Origin: Deltaproteobacteria bacterium | Lineage (GTDB): Bacteria; Myxococcota_A; UBA9160; SMWR01 | Direction: 5' to 3' | NCBI GenBank assembly: GCA_032128375.1 | Contig: JAQBGU010000055.1 | Location: forward strand, 1-48,305 | DNA length: 48,305 nt | Part shown: positions 9,570 through 19,465 of the stretch, one piece after another | Layout: each line of letters starts with the position of its first letter | How positions within the stretch are numbered: the stretch's first letter is position 1 | The notes under the pieces: generated by a model | The model's database searches: none | What the model was told of the DNA's origin: nothing | What the model saw: the letters and a program-made list of their open reading frames with translations, nothing else | Program-made: the position numbers and the translations under genes

Positions 9570-10373
9570 CTACAGCGCCAAATCACTGGCACCGCCATCG
9601 ATTCGGAAGTTTGAGCCGTTGATGGCCGCTGCCTGTTCGCTCGCCAAGTAGACAACCAGGCTCGCGACCTCCGAAACCTCGGCGATCTTTCCACCTTGCC
9701 TGCCGGTCATTTCCTGGATCGCTGCGCGCTGCGCCGCCTCCCAGTCGTCTCCGCAGCCTTTTTCAGCGGCGCGTCTGATCAGCTGCGCGCGGACTTCCGC
9801 TGTGGCGATCAGCCCCGGGCTGACGAGATTCACCGTGATGCCGGTCCCCGCAAGCTCCTTGGACAGGCTTACACAGATATTTGGCAACACCGCCTTCGAA
9901 GCGTAGTAGTGCGGCATGCGCGCAGCGGGACGCGTGGAGCCAACGGTGCCGAGCCAGATGATTCGGCCCCAGCCGCGCTCGCGCATTCCAGGCACCAGCG
10001 CGTGGACGAGCCGCACGCCACTCAATACGTTTTTTTGGTAGACCGACAGCCACTCGTCAGTGGTCGTGCGCAACCAGCGACCGGCCTCGGCAACGCCGTA
10101 GTTGTTGACGAGAATGTCGACCTGACCGAACTGGTCGAGCGTCTGGCGTGCGACCTGCTCAGCGCCAGTGTCGGTCATCAGGTCGCCGACTACGGCGCGC
10201 GCGTCGAGCTTTGCGTCGCGCAGCCGTGCCACGACCTCGTCGGCTTGGCCTGCTTCGAAGCCGTGGACCGCAACCGACGCGCCCTCGGTGGCCAGCACTT
10301 CGGCGATTCCCGATCCAGTGCCGCGATAGCTGCCAGATACCAATGCGACCTTTCCGGCGAGTCCCAGATCCAC
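9570..10373 (-). CDS. SDR family oxidoreductase
   Basis: SGSYRGTG, LVNNYG, YYASK and VNLVSPG motifs. Confidence 0.9.
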   Translation of the reverse strand: MDLGLAGKVALVSGSYRGTGSGIAEVLATEGASVAVHGFEAGQADEVVARLRDAKLDARAVVGDLMTDTGAEQVARQTLDQFGQVDILVNNYGVAEAGRWLRTTTDEWLSVYQKNVLSGVRLVHALVPGMRERGWGRIIWLGTVGSTRPAARMPHYYASKAVLPNICVSLSKELAGTGITVNLVSPGLIATAEVRAQLIRRAAEKGCGDDWEAAQRAAIQEMTGRQGGKIAEVSEVASLVVYLASEQAAAINGSNFRIDGGASDLAL

Positions 10374-10466
10374 TTGATTTTCTCGCTCCCTAATATCTCT
10401 CGGGATCGGCCGCCGTACCAGACGGGCTACAGAAGTCGTACCGAAGTGGCACAGCGAGTGCTGAAG

Positions 10467-11645
10467 TCAGACCCGAATCGGCACGCTCTTGAACCCTCGA
10501 ACGTGTGCCTGGTAGGTGCGCTCCAGCCCGGCCTCGTCGACTTCATAATCGGGAAAGCGGGCTGCGATCTCTTCCAGTGCGATGCGCGCTTCGAGTCGCG
10601 CGAGCGACTTCCCGATGCAGAAGTGCTGTCCGTAGCCGAAGTAGATTTCGCGTTTCGCCCGGCGCGTCAGGTCGAGCCGGTCGGGCTCTTCGAATTCGCG
10701 CTCGTCGCGACACGCGGCGCCGGTGACCAACGCGACGCGCGAGCCTTTTGGGATGGTTACGCCGGCGACTGTGACGTCTCGCAGGACGACTCGTCCCTGG
10801 AATTGCGATGGGGCGTCGTAGCGGAGTAGTTCTTCGATGGCGAGCGGGATGCGGCTCGAATCTTCGAATAGCTGCTTGCGCTGAACTGAATCTTGGCCCA
10901 GGTACACGATTGCGTTTCCGATCAACTTGGCGGTTGTCTCCGCACCGGCGGCAGCCAGCAGCCCGCAGAAGCCGCCGACCTCCGCGTCGGTCAGACATCG
11001 AGGTGGCTGGCCCGGCTCCTCGAGGTCGGCATTCGCGAGCAGACTGATCAGGTCTTCTTTGGGGTCGGTACGCCGCTGCGCTAGCAGGTCGAGAATCAGA
11101 TCACGGGCCTTCACCATTCCGGAAATTCCCTCTTGAGAAGGGAGCCCGGAATCGGGGTCGCGCTCGAGGCCGCCGTCGACCCACTCGCGGTACCGGTCGC
11201 GGTATTCCGGTGGAATCCCGAGCAATGCGCTGATCACGTCCATCGGAAGCTTGACCGAGAATTGGCGCTGGATATCGAAGTCCTTCTGGTTGGAGAGCGC
11301 GTCGAGGTAGCCGCGCGCGATCTCGCGCATTTCGCGTTCGAGTGCACCGATGCGCCGAGGGGTGAAGCCGCGACTGACCAGATTGCGAAGGCGTGTGTGG
11401 GCGGGTGGATCGAGACCGATGATCGAGAAGGCTTCACTGGGGATCTGGCCGCGGTTTTCCAGCATCGGCCCGAGTGAGGAACTGTAGGTTTCCCAGTCGA
11501 GCGTGGCTTGCCACACGTCCTCGAACCGAAACAACGCATAGAAATCCATCTTCTCGTTGTAAGCGCAAGGCGAGTTGTCGCGAAAGTACCTGTAGGTGGG
11601 GTACGGATCTTCCTGCATCTGACGCGAGTACGGATCGTAAATCAT
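10467..11645 (-). CDS. Cytochrome P450
   Basis: AGAETT (I helix), EELLR (ExxR) and FGYGQHFCIG heme motif. The start could be slightly further upstream. Confidence 0.95.
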   Translation of the reverse strand: MIYDPYSRQMQEDPYPTYRYFRDNSPCAYNEKMDFYALFRFEDVWQATLDWETYSSSLGPMLENRGQIPSEAFSIIGLDPPAHTRLRNLVSRGFTPRRIGALEREMREIARGYLDALSNQKDFDIQRQFSVKLPMDVISALLGIPPEYRDRYREWVDGGLERDPDSGLPSQEGISGMVKARDLILDLLAQRRTDPKEDLISLLANADLEEPGQPPRCLTDAEVGGFCGLLAAAGAETTAKLIGNAIVYLGQDSVQRKQLFEDSSRIPLAIEELLRYDAPSQFQGRVVLRDVTVAGVTIPKGSRVALVTGAACRDEREFEEPDRLDLTRRAKREIYFGYGQHFCIGKSLARLEARIALEEIAARFPDYEVDEAGLERTYQAHVRGFKSVPIRV

Positions 11646-11729
11646 CTCGGAAATCCCTGATGTCGGCGGCGCGATTTCTGACAATCTGCTGCCGTTTGAT
11701 GCGCGGTAACCCAATGAAGCGCGTGCGTG

Positions 11730-12743
11730 CTAGGCCGACTGCAGCGCCTTGATACGCGATTGTTGCTCGTTCCTGTCGTCGGCTGCGAACGTGCAAGCCA
11801 CACGATCGAAAATGTCACCGTAGCGCTCCTTCAACGCGGGAACGACGCCTTCCGGCGGGGCGACGATCGCAAACTCATCGAGCATCTCGTCGTTGATTCG
11901 GGTGGCCATTTCGTCCCACTCTCCGCGCTTGGACAGGATCGTGAGTTCGGGTTGGAGTTCGCCCCAGCCGTGCATGTCGAGCACGGGTCGGTAGGCGGGT
12001 GTCGACGCATAGAACGCAACCTGCTTTCGGACGGCGGCACGTGAGCCTTCGGTGGCCTCGTCGTTGCTGCCGGTAACCACGAAGGCGGGACACGTGATCG
12101 AGAAGTCGGCTCGGCTCCTGCCGCTCTTGGCAAGGCCGCGTTCGATAGCCGGCATCGTGACCTCCCGCACGTAGCGGTTGGTGGTGAACGCGTGTGCGAT
12201 CAGACCGTCAGCGGTCTCACCGGCAACCTCGGTCATCAGCGGACCGACCGCCGCGAGGTAGACGCGCGGCGCACCGAAGCGCCTATCGGTTGGAGTGAAC
12301 ATCGGTGTCATCAGCGTATGTGAGTAGAATTCGCCGCGAAAATCGAGCTTCGTTCCCTCGTACCAATTGTCCCAGATCGCCCGCATCGCGAGAATGAACT
12401 CGCGCATTCGCGCGGCAGGCTTCGACCACGGCATACTGAATCGCTTGGTGATGTGGGGCCGGATCTGGGAACCGAGACCGAGAATGAAGCGTCCCTCGGA
12501 AAACGCGTTGAGATCGTGACCGATGTTGGCGAGCGTCATCGGGCTGCGCGAGAACGCGACCGCGATAGAAGTCATCAGTTCGATGCGCTCGGTGTGCTCG
12601 GCGGCGAGTGCCAGAGGGAAGAATGGGTCGTTCGCGGTTTCCGCCGTCATCGCTCCGTCGTAGCCCATCTCCTCGAGCTCGCGCGCTCGCCTGGGGATAT
12701 CGGCGAGGCCCCCGAATAGTCCGGCGTCCACCTTCATTCTCAT
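11730..12743 (-). CDS. LLM-class (luciferase-like), probably F420-dependent oxidoreductase
   Basis: AETANDPF, IAVAFSRSP, GRFILGLGSQIRPHI and FYASTPAY motifs. Confidence 0.88.
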   Translation of the reverse strand: MRMKVDAGLFGGLADIPRRARELEEMGYDGAMTAETANDPFFPLALAAEHTERIELMTSIAVAFSRSPMTLANIGHDLNAFSEGRFILGLGSQIRPHITKRFSMPWSKPAARMREFILAMRAIWDNWYEGTKLDFRGEFYSHTLMTPMFTPTDRRFGAPRVYLAAVGPLMTEVAGETADGLIAHAFTTNRYVREVTMPAIERGLAKSGRSRADFSITCPAFVVTGSNDEATEGSRAAVRKQVAFYASTPAYRPVLDMHGWGELQPELTILSKRGEWDEMATRINDEMLDEFAIVAPPEGVVPALKERYGDIFDRVACTFAADDRNEQQSRIKALQSA

Positions 12744-12812
12744 CTCATCTCCTCGTCTTGGCTTGTCAGCAAAAAGTCAGCAATCAATTGCGGAAGACGA
12801 GTATATGTCCGA

Positions 12813-14348
12813 TCAGCGGCGGAACGCCATGAAGCGCGCCAGCAGCCTGCTGATGGTCGGCGTTGCGCGTGTGCGGGTGTAGGCACCGGCCGCTCTCTTG
12901 AGGGCTTCGGCCTGGGTGGGGTAGGGGTGGATCGTATTCAGGATCGCTCCGAGACCGAGGTGGCTGGTCATCGCGAGCGTGATTTCGCTGATCATATCTC
13001 CGGCGTGCGAAGAGACGATCGTAGCGCCGAGGATCGTATCGGTTCCCCTCTTGGTGTGGATCTTTACGAAGCCCTCCTGCTTGCCGTCAGTGACGGCGCG
13101 GTTTACCGACGCAAGCGGGACGTGGAAGGTGGAGATCTCGACGCCACTCGCCACCGCTTCGTGTTCGTAGAGGCCCACGTGTGCGACTTCCGGATCTGTG
13201 TACGTACACCACGGCATGACCAGCGAAGTCAGCTTCTTGGTGCGCAGGAACAGCGCGTTTTGGACGACGATCTTGGCCGCTGCGTCTGCGGCGTGTGTGA
13301 ATTTCCATTGCATCGCGATATCGCCGGCCGCATAGATCCGCGGGTTGGTGGTCTGCAAATAGTCGTTGGTGTGCACGCCGCGACGTTCGTCGTATTCGAC
13401 ACCGACCGATTCGAGGTCCAACCCCGCGACGTTCGGCGCGCGGCCAACGGCCACCAGAATCGCATCGACAGCGATGGCCTCGCTCGCGCCTTCGGCGGTC
13501 GTGAAACAGATGCGTTTTTCGCCGAGCAAAGCATCTCGTTCGACCTTTTCGACCTGGCAACCCAGCACCAGTCTCACGCCTTCGCTGACCAATTGGTGCT
13601 GGATCAATTCTGCTGCATCCGCATCCTCGCGCGGTAGAATGTGCGGCGCCTGATCGAAAACCACGACCTCGGACCCGAGGCGACGGAACGCCTGAGCGAG
13701 TTCCGATCCGATCGGGCCGCTTCCGATTACACCGAATCGTTTCGGTCGTTCGGTCAGGTCGAATACCGTCTCGTTGGTGAGGTAGCCGGCTTCGGTCAGT
13801 CCCGCGATCGGGGGCGCGATCGCGCGAGCACCGGTGGCGATGAGCGCCTTCGAAAAGCGCAGCTTCGCCCCATCGACTTCCACGCTGTCCGGACCCACGA
13901 ATCGCCCACTGCCCAAATACACGTCTACCCCGAGTTCGTCGCGGTAGCGCTTGGCAGAATCTTCCTCGCTGATCTGTGCGCGAATCCGGCGCATCCGATC
14001 CATTGCCGCGGCAAAATCGACCTCTGACCCGGCTGCGATCGCCAATCCGAAGGCCTCGGCGTCTCGCGCTTCCTTGATCATTCGCGACACGCGGATCAGC
14101 GCCTTGGACGGAACACATCCGACGTTCAGACAATCGCCGCCCATCAGATCGCGCTCGATCAGCGCCACCTTCGCGCCGATCCCGGCAGCGATCGCGGCAC
14201 TGATCAAACCCGCGGATCCGGCTCCGATGACGACCAGGTTGTAGCGATCCACGGGTGTCGGGTTGATCCAGTCGGACGGATGAACGTTGGCAATCCGCTT
14301 CGCATCGTGTTCGTTGGGTACAGAGCTTGTCATTTCGGAGTCACTCAC
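12813..14348 (-). CDS. Pyridine nucleotide-disulfide oxidoreductase (mercuric reductase-like, not MerA)
   Basis: GAGSAG, GGDCLNVGCVPSK, GSGPIG and IHPYPT motifs. No C-terminal Cys-Cys. Confidence 0.9.
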   Translation of the reverse strand: MSDSEMTSSVPNEHDAKRIANVHPSDWINPTPVDRYNLVVIGAGSAGLISAAIAAGIGAKVALIERDLMGGDCLNVGCVPSKALIRVSRMIKEARDAEAFGLAIAAGSEVDFAAAMDRMRRIRAQISEEDSAKRYRDELGVDVYLGSGRFVGPDSVEVDGAKLRFSKALIATGARAIAPPIAGLTEAGYLTNETVFDLTERPKRFGVIGSGPIGSELAQAFRRLGSEVVVFDQAPHILPREDADAAELIQHQLVSEGVRLVLGCQVEKVERDALLGEKRICFTTAEGASEAIAVDAILVAVGRAPNVAGLDLESVGVEYDERRGVHTNDYLQTTNPRIYAAGDIAMQWKFTHAADAAAKIVVQNALFLRTKKLTSLVMPWCTYTDPEVAHVGLYEHEAVASGVEISTFHVPLASVNRAVTDGKQEGFVKIHTKRGTDTILGATIVSSHAGDMISEITLAMTSHLGLGAILNTIHPYPTQAEALKRAAGAYTRTRATPTISRLLARFMAFRR

Positions 14349-15090
14349 GCGTGGCTTCGGCCAGTGCCCGTCGCGCGATTCGCGTCACCACGATGGTGAC
14401 AGCGATCGTTGCGACCAGGCCGAGTCCGAGAAACGCGTAGTGGCCGGCACCTTGCGAAATCGTCGCGCCGCTCGCCAGCTCGGCGACATCGCCCGCAACT
14501 TTTCCCGAATAGACATACAGGAGCGTCCCTGGAATCATGCCGATCGAGCCAACCAGGTAGTCGGCGAACGAGACTCTCGTCAGACCCAGGCCATAGTTGA
14601 GCACGTTGAAGGGGATGATGGGTACCAGGCGCAACAGCAACACGATCTTGCGTCCCTCCGCAGCCACCGCCCGATCGATCGCGGCGATTCTCTCGTTTCC
14701 GGCGAGGCGCTTCTCCACGGCTGCGCGCGCCACGTACCGCGCGACGAGAAAAGAAAGCCCAGCGCCCGTTGTCGCTGCGACAAATACGTAGAGGACACCC
14801 TGTACTACGCCGAAGATTGCACCCGCTGCCAGCGTGAGCAGCGACGCGGGGACGAATGCCACCACCGCAGCGGCGTAGGCCAGCACGAAGACCAGCGGCC
14901 CGAAGAACCCGAGGCCATCGACCCAGCTTGCGAAGGGTTGGATGTAGCCGCCGGCGAAGCGGCCGAGCAAAACGAAAGCAACCACTGCGGCGATACCGAT
15001 CGCGATCTTCGCTAGCGGGCGCGCAGCCGAATTTCCGTCGACCCGATTCGAGTCTTCCGTATCGGTATCTGTCGAAGTCACTTCGCGCAA
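14341..15090 (-). CDS. TVP38/TMEM64 (VTT/DedA superfamily) membrane protein
   Basis: PASLLTLAAGAIFG, LLRLVPIIPFNVLNYGLG and GMIPGT motifs; multiple hydrophobic segments. Confidence 0.9.
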   Translation of the reverse strand: MREVTSTDTDTEDSNRVDGNSAARPLAKIAIGIAAVVAFVLLGRFAGGYIQPFASWVDGLGFFGPLVFVLAYAAAVVAFVPASLLTLAAGAIFGVVQGVLYVFVAATTGAGLSFLVARYVARAAVEKRLAGNERIAAIDRAVAAEGRKIVLLLRLVPIIPFNVLNYGLGLTRVSFADYLVGSIGMIPGTLLYVYSGKVAGDVAELASGATISQGAGHYAFLGLGLVATIAVTIVVTRIARRALAEATRE

Positions 15091-15171
15091 CGCCCCCGGT
15101 TTCTGGGCCGTTTCGCTGCCGGATCTCTTCGTGTGACCCTGTCTCGGCGATCCGGGGTGTCGGTGAAGTTT

Positions 15172-16167
15172 TCAAACACGCAATGCGCCGCCGCAACTCG
15201 AACCGGCGCCTGCCGTACACCCGAAGCAGTGACTTGCCGTCGCGATCTCCTGACCAGCGAGATCTCCCAAGTCAGCGAGATCCCAAATGCTCCTCTCCCC
15301 GCGTTCGCTTCCCCCCATCGGAAGACCGAGCGCCTGGTTGAAATCGCAATCGAATACGCGACCGTCGTAGCTGACCGAAACGAGTGTTCGACACATCAGT
15401 TCGGGGACGGTCTCGGGGTTGAAATGGTTGACGAGCAGAGACAGATAACTCTCGCTCTTTCCCTCACGAGCCAGCATATGGGCGAAGCGCTTGATGGGCA
15501 TGTTCGCGATCGTGAGCAGGCGGTGAAAAGCTATTCCGAACTCCGCCAACTCCCGGCGGTAGCGCTGTTCGAGTTCTGCTTGCGCTGGAGGCAGGCAGTC
15601 GCCGGCGGGGTTGAATACCAGGTCGAGACCCAACGGCGAACCCGGACGCCCGTAGCCGAGCCGGCCGAGTACACGCAGTGCCTCGATGCTTCGATCGAAG
15701 ACGCGTCGACCGCGCTGCGCATCGACGGTTTCGGGGCCGGTGCACGGAAGTGACGCGATCACGCGTACCTCGTTTTCGGCCAGGAAGTCGGCAGTGTCCT
15801 GCTGGCCGGGCTGGGACAGGACGGTCAGGTTACAACGATCGATGATCTTCAGACCGATCGCGCGCGCGCCCCGAACGAGATGACGAAACTCGGGCTGGAG
15901 CTCCGGCGCGCCCCCGGTGAGATCCAGCGTCGTCAAGCCGGGACTGCCCTGCGCGAGAGCGAGTACGCGATCCGCGGTGCGCCTGTCCATCGTCTCTCGT
16001 CGATTCGGTCCGGCCTCGACGTGGCAGTGATGGCAGGCGAGATCGCAGCGCAATCCGACATTGAGCTGCAGCGTGTTTGGGACCGAGCGTCGAAGGATAC
16101 CGAGGCCGTGTTGGGCGAGCGAAGCTGCGAATGCGGGCTGGCGTGCGGACGTGGTTTCAATCGTCAT
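15172..16167 (-). CDS. arsS: Radical SAM/Cys-rich domain protein, ArsS family
   Basis: LQLNVGLRCDLACHHCHV (CxxxCxxC), DLTGGAPE, DCDFNQ and C-terminal HCFGCTAGAGSSCGGAL. Confidence 0.85.
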   Translation of the reverse strand: MTIETTSARQPAFAASLAQHGLGILRRSVPNTLQLNVGLRCDLACHHCHVEAGPNRRETMDRRTADRVLALAQGSPGLTTLDLTGGAPELQPEFRHLVRGARAIGLKIIDRCNLTVLSQPGQQDTADFLAENEVRVIASLPCTGPETVDAQRGRRVFDRSIEALRVLGRLGYGRPGSPLGLDLVFNPAGDCLPPAQAELEQRYRRELAEFGIAFHRLLTIANMPIKRFAHMLAREGKSESYLSLLVNHFNPETVPELMCRTLVSVSYDGRVFDCDFNQALGLPMGGSERGERSIWDLADLGDLAGQEIATASHCFGCTAGAGSSCGGALRV

Positions 16168-16990
16168 TGCGACCGTTGGGGGTCTGCACTGGGAACTCAG
16201 CGCGAGCAGAGAACGAGAAGTCTGCGAATCGCGCCAGAGCAGTTTGGCACGAATTGTCCGAGTCGGTCATGACCGCCAAACCCATCAGCTCACCGATGGG
16301 CGATCCGAAGTGTCTGCGGTAGTGCTCGATCAAGTCAACAGTCTCTGTTCGCCACGTCGTTGTCGCACCCTGCGCCAGTGCGATCATCTTGGCATCCGGG
16401 GCGAAGGGATTGTCCCAGAATGCTCCAGGTTTCTCTCGGCTGGTCCAGACGAAATTGAGCGTCTTACCCGGTGTCTGATCACCGTAGCGAATACGCCCGA
16501 CTCGGTACCGGAGCCAATCGATCGCAGAAGCACGCGAAGAGTCAAAACGGAACAAGACGTAAACACGGGCGGCAAAGTCGTCTCCCCCTTTGGATCGCTC
16601 GTCGGGGATGTCGAGTGGCCCATCCACACGCCAGCGCCAGCTCAGCAATGGTGTGTCCGACAACTCTACTGTCGACAAGGGGAGTACGAACCCAGAGGCT
16701 GCGCAGTTACTTTCAGAGCGCAGAGTTTCCCTGCCTTCGAGGATTTCGCGAGAATAGCTGGTATGGCGGCTCACAGACGGAAACACGATGGGTCTCCAGG
16801 CTTCGCCGCCGGGAGCCGGCAGAGGCATTCGCTGTTGGCTGTCGGGGGCCTGGCCCACCTCGACCGCGTCGCTGCGAGGGCCGGCAGCCGAGAGCCACGC
16901 CAACGCGACAACGCAGACCCACTTGTTTCCGGCTACTTGCAGATCCTCGCCTCCTGGACTCAGGCTGCCATTGACCCGTCGGTGCCGCAA
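16157..16990 (-). CDS. DUF3047-like exported protein
   Basis: TPLLSWRWRV, KGGDDFAARVYVLF and LAVMTDSDN motifs; hydrophobic signal-like segment. Start is uncertain. Confidence 0.8.
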   Translation of the reverse strand: MRHRRVNGSLSPGGEDLQVAGNKWVCVVALAWLSAAGPRSDAVEVGQAPDSQQRMPLPAPGGEAWRPIVFPSVSRHTSYSREILEGRETLRSESNCAASGFVLPLSTVELSDTPLLSWRWRVDGPLDIPDERSKGGDDFAARVYVLFRFDSSRASAIDWLRYRVGRIRYGDQTPGKTLNFVWTSREKPGAFWDNPFAPDAKMIALAQGATTTWRTETVDLIEHYRRHFGSPIGELMGLAVMTDSDNSCQTALARFADFSFSARAEFPVQTPNGRNDD

Positions 16991-17176
16991 ACTGGCGATC
17001 CGCTATGCTGCCGCGCGCCGTCGGATGGGCAGTGCGGTGCCCCGCGCTGTGGTCACCAGTGGTTTGCGTGGGTGCGTGGTTGAGAGGCGCCCAGGATTCC
17101 CCGCCGGCGGCTTCAATGGATCGCGGGTGTCTGATTTCGGGTAAACAGATCGTGTTTCGACCGACTGACGAGGAGA

Positions 17177-18088
17177 ATGAATATGGAAGACATTCGCTAC
17201 GACGGCAGGGTTGCCATCGTAACCGGTGCTGGAGGTGGTTTGGGTAAGACCTATGCGTTGCGGCTCGCATCGCGTGGGGCAAGCGTTGTAGTCAACGACC
17301 TGGGGGGTTCAACAGACGGCACCGGAGCCGGTAGCAGCATGGCCGACGCCGTCGTCAAGGAGATCACCGAGGCGGGTGGTCAGGCGGTCGCCAACTACGA
17401 TTCGGTCGCCACGCCGGAAGGCGGCGAGGGCATCGTCAAAGCGGCCATCGACAACTTCGGCAAAGTCGACATCCTCATCAACAATGCGGGCATCTTGCGG
17501 GATAAGACCTTCGCGAAGCTCGAGCCGAAAGACCTCGAGATCGTGCTGGACGTGCACCTCAAAGGTGCGTTCTTCGTGACGCAACCCGCCTTCCGATCGA
17601 TGAAGGAGAACAACTACGGCCGAGTCGTCTTCGCCGCATCGGGTGCGGGGATCTTCGGCAACTTTGGGCAGACGAACTACGGCGCCGCCAAGATGGGCCT
17701 CGTGGGGCTTTCCAATGTGCTGGCCGTCGAGGGCGCGAAGTACAACATCAAGTGCAATGTGATTGCGCCCATTGCGAAAACGCGACTGACTGAGTCGTTG
17801 CTCGGCCCGATGGCGGACGCACTCGACCCCGAGTTCGTTACGCCGCTGGTTGCGTACCTGGTCAGTGAGAGTTGCGAACTCACCCACGAGATCTTCGACG
17901 TGGGTGGCGGCCGCTACGCGCGAATCTTCATCGGGCTGGCGAAGGGCTGGACCGCGCCCAAGGGTGCAGCACCCAGCGTCGAGGCGATTCGCGACAACAT
18001 CGATGCGATCCGCGATACCGAGGGTTACTCGATTCCGACGAGCATCGCCGACGAAATGAAGGCGATCGCGGAGAGTATGAAGGGCTGA
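17177..18088 (+). CDS. SDR, (3R)-hydroxyacyl-CoA dehydrogenase-like (peroxisomal MFE-2 N-domain type)
   Basis: TGAGGGLG, VVVNDLGG, NNAGILRD and GNFGQTNYGAAK motifs; GAGGAG RBS. Confidence 0.92.
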   Translation: MNMEDIRYDGRVAIVTGAGGGLGKTYALRLASRGASVVVNDLGGSTDGTGAGSSMADAVVKEITEAGGQAVANYDSVATPEGGEGIVKAAIDNFGKVDILINNAGILRDKTFAKLEPKDLEIVLDVHLKGAFFVTQPAFRSMKENNYGRVVFAASGAGIFGNFGQTNYGAAKMGLVGLSNVLAVEGAKYNIKCNVIAPIAKTRLTESLLGPMADALDPEFVTPLVAYLVSESCELTHEIFDVGGGRYARIFIGLAKGWTAPKGAAPSVEAIRDNIDAIRDTEGYSIPTSIADEMKAIAESMKG

Positions 18089-18149
18089 GAAAGGGTAAGG
18101 AACGCAGTGGCTCGGTGATCGAGCGACGCGACCCATCCCGGCTCGTTTA

Positions 18150-18815
18150 CTACTCGACGCTGATGCTCGCCTTCTCGATGAAGAGCTTCTCAGTCGTCTT
18201 CCCGCTTTGACTTCCCGCATTCTCGAGCAGTCTTACGGTCTCCATGCCGTCGACCACCGCACCGAACACGGTGTGTTTTCCGTCGAGGTGCGGCGTCTTG
18301 ACGAAGGTCAGGAAGAACTGGCTTCCGTCTGTGTTGGGGCCCGCATTGGCCATGCTGAGTATGCCCGGCTTGTCGTGCTTTCGATCCCCTGCGAACTCAC
18401 CCGCGTACTTGTAGCCGGGACCGCCGCGGCCCGTGCCGGTCGGGTCACCACCCTGCGCCATGAATCCCTTGATCACTCGGTGAAAAATGATGTCGTCATA
18501 GAAGCCCAGGCGCGTGAGGTAGATCGTGCTCGAAACATGCATCGGGGCGCTATCGGGATACAGCTGGATCTTCATCTTCCCCTTGTTGGTGTCGAGGTTC
18601 CAGAAGTACTTCGCACCGCTCGTGAATTCAACATTCGGCGGCTCCGTGAGGTGACTCTTCCAGTCACTCTTCTGCTTGTCGACCTTCTGTTCCGTGATGA
18701 ACGCGTCGATTGCAGAAACGGCTTTGTCGGTGGATTCTTCGGCCACGACCGACGTCGCAGCCAGACACATCATGATCGCCAGTGCTGCCATCCCGAGGTT
18801 TACTAGTTTGTTCAT
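18150..18815 (-). CDS. Exported cyclophilin-type peptidyl-prolyl cis-trans isomerase
   Basis: [37 protein letters not shown] and [10 protein letters not shown] motifs; signal peptide; GGAGGA RBS. Confidence 0.95.
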   Translation of the reverse strand: MNKLVNLGMAALAIMMCLAATSVVAEESTDKAVSAIDAFITEQKVDKQKSDWKSHLTEPPNVEFTSGAKYFWNLDTNKGKMKIQLYPDSAPMHVSSTIYLTRLGFYDDIIFHRVIKGFMAQGGDPTGTGRGGPGYKYAGEFAGDRKHDKPGILSMANAGPNTDGSQFFLTFVKTPHLDGKHTVFGAVVDGMETVRLLENAGSQSGKTTEKLFIEKASISVE

Positions 18816-18979
18816 GGGTCGTCTTCCTCCAATGCTTGATTCAATTTCAAGATGCAATTTCATGATCCGATTTCTGAATCTAGCGAAGCTGAATTCGTCG
18901 CCATCGATCCATCTGCGAGGCCGCTCTGTTTCGAGTGGGCAAGTCGACCGAGCCGCGGCAGCGAGCGACCCACCAAAGA

Positions 18980-19462
18980 TCAGGGCGTCTGTTCGAACAG
19001 CGCCTCGAGATCTGGCCAGTCGATCGCGCTTTGGGCAGCGAAAGCGCGAAGCAGCAGCGCTCGATCCTCATCATCGTCTTTTCCGCAGAACTCGTCTCGC
19101 GCCCTTGCGAGTGCTTCCGCGTCCGGAGCGACGGGTTCATCATCCTTGAGTGTGCCCTCGTCGTGTTCGATGCCGAGCGCGTCGAGCCACTCGATGAGCA
19201 GCTGCTTGCGGCATTCTAGGAAGTACATCGCGAGCAGCTCTTCGGCGACCGCATTGGCCGCGACTCGAGACAGCGCGCGCCTTACGGCCAGTGCCTGCTT
19301 TTCAGCAGGTTGTTTCTGCAGGTACGCCGGCCGCGCGTTCATCGCGGCGCTCGCGACGTACAGCGCCTGCTTGTACATATCGGGGGAGCTCTTCGAGAGT
19401 CCCCGCATGACTGTCTGCGCGCGATCGGCGGACATCGCTGCAAACACCTGGTAAGACCGCAT
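18980..19462 (-). CDS. Hypothetical protein
   Basis: 160-aa ORF with protein-like helical composition, GGGAG RBS, 3 bp after the upstream gene. Confidence 0.7.
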   Translation of the reverse strand: MRSYQVFAAMSADRAQTVMRGLSKSSPDMYKQALYVASAAMNARPAYLQKQPAEKQALAVRRALSRVAANAVAEELLAMYFLECRKQLLIEWLDALGIEHDEGTLKDDEPVAPDAEALARARDEFCGKDDDEDRALLLRAFAAQSAIDWPDLEALFEQTP

Positions 19463-19465
19463 TTT

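Noticed and set aside
12813..14348. Mercuric reductase MerA
   Set aside because: No C-terminal Cys-Cys pair, no NmerA domain and no mer operon genes.
15172..15200. Selenocysteine in the ArsS C-terminus
   Set aside because: The position is a TGC Cys codon (GSSCGG); there is no in-frame TGA.
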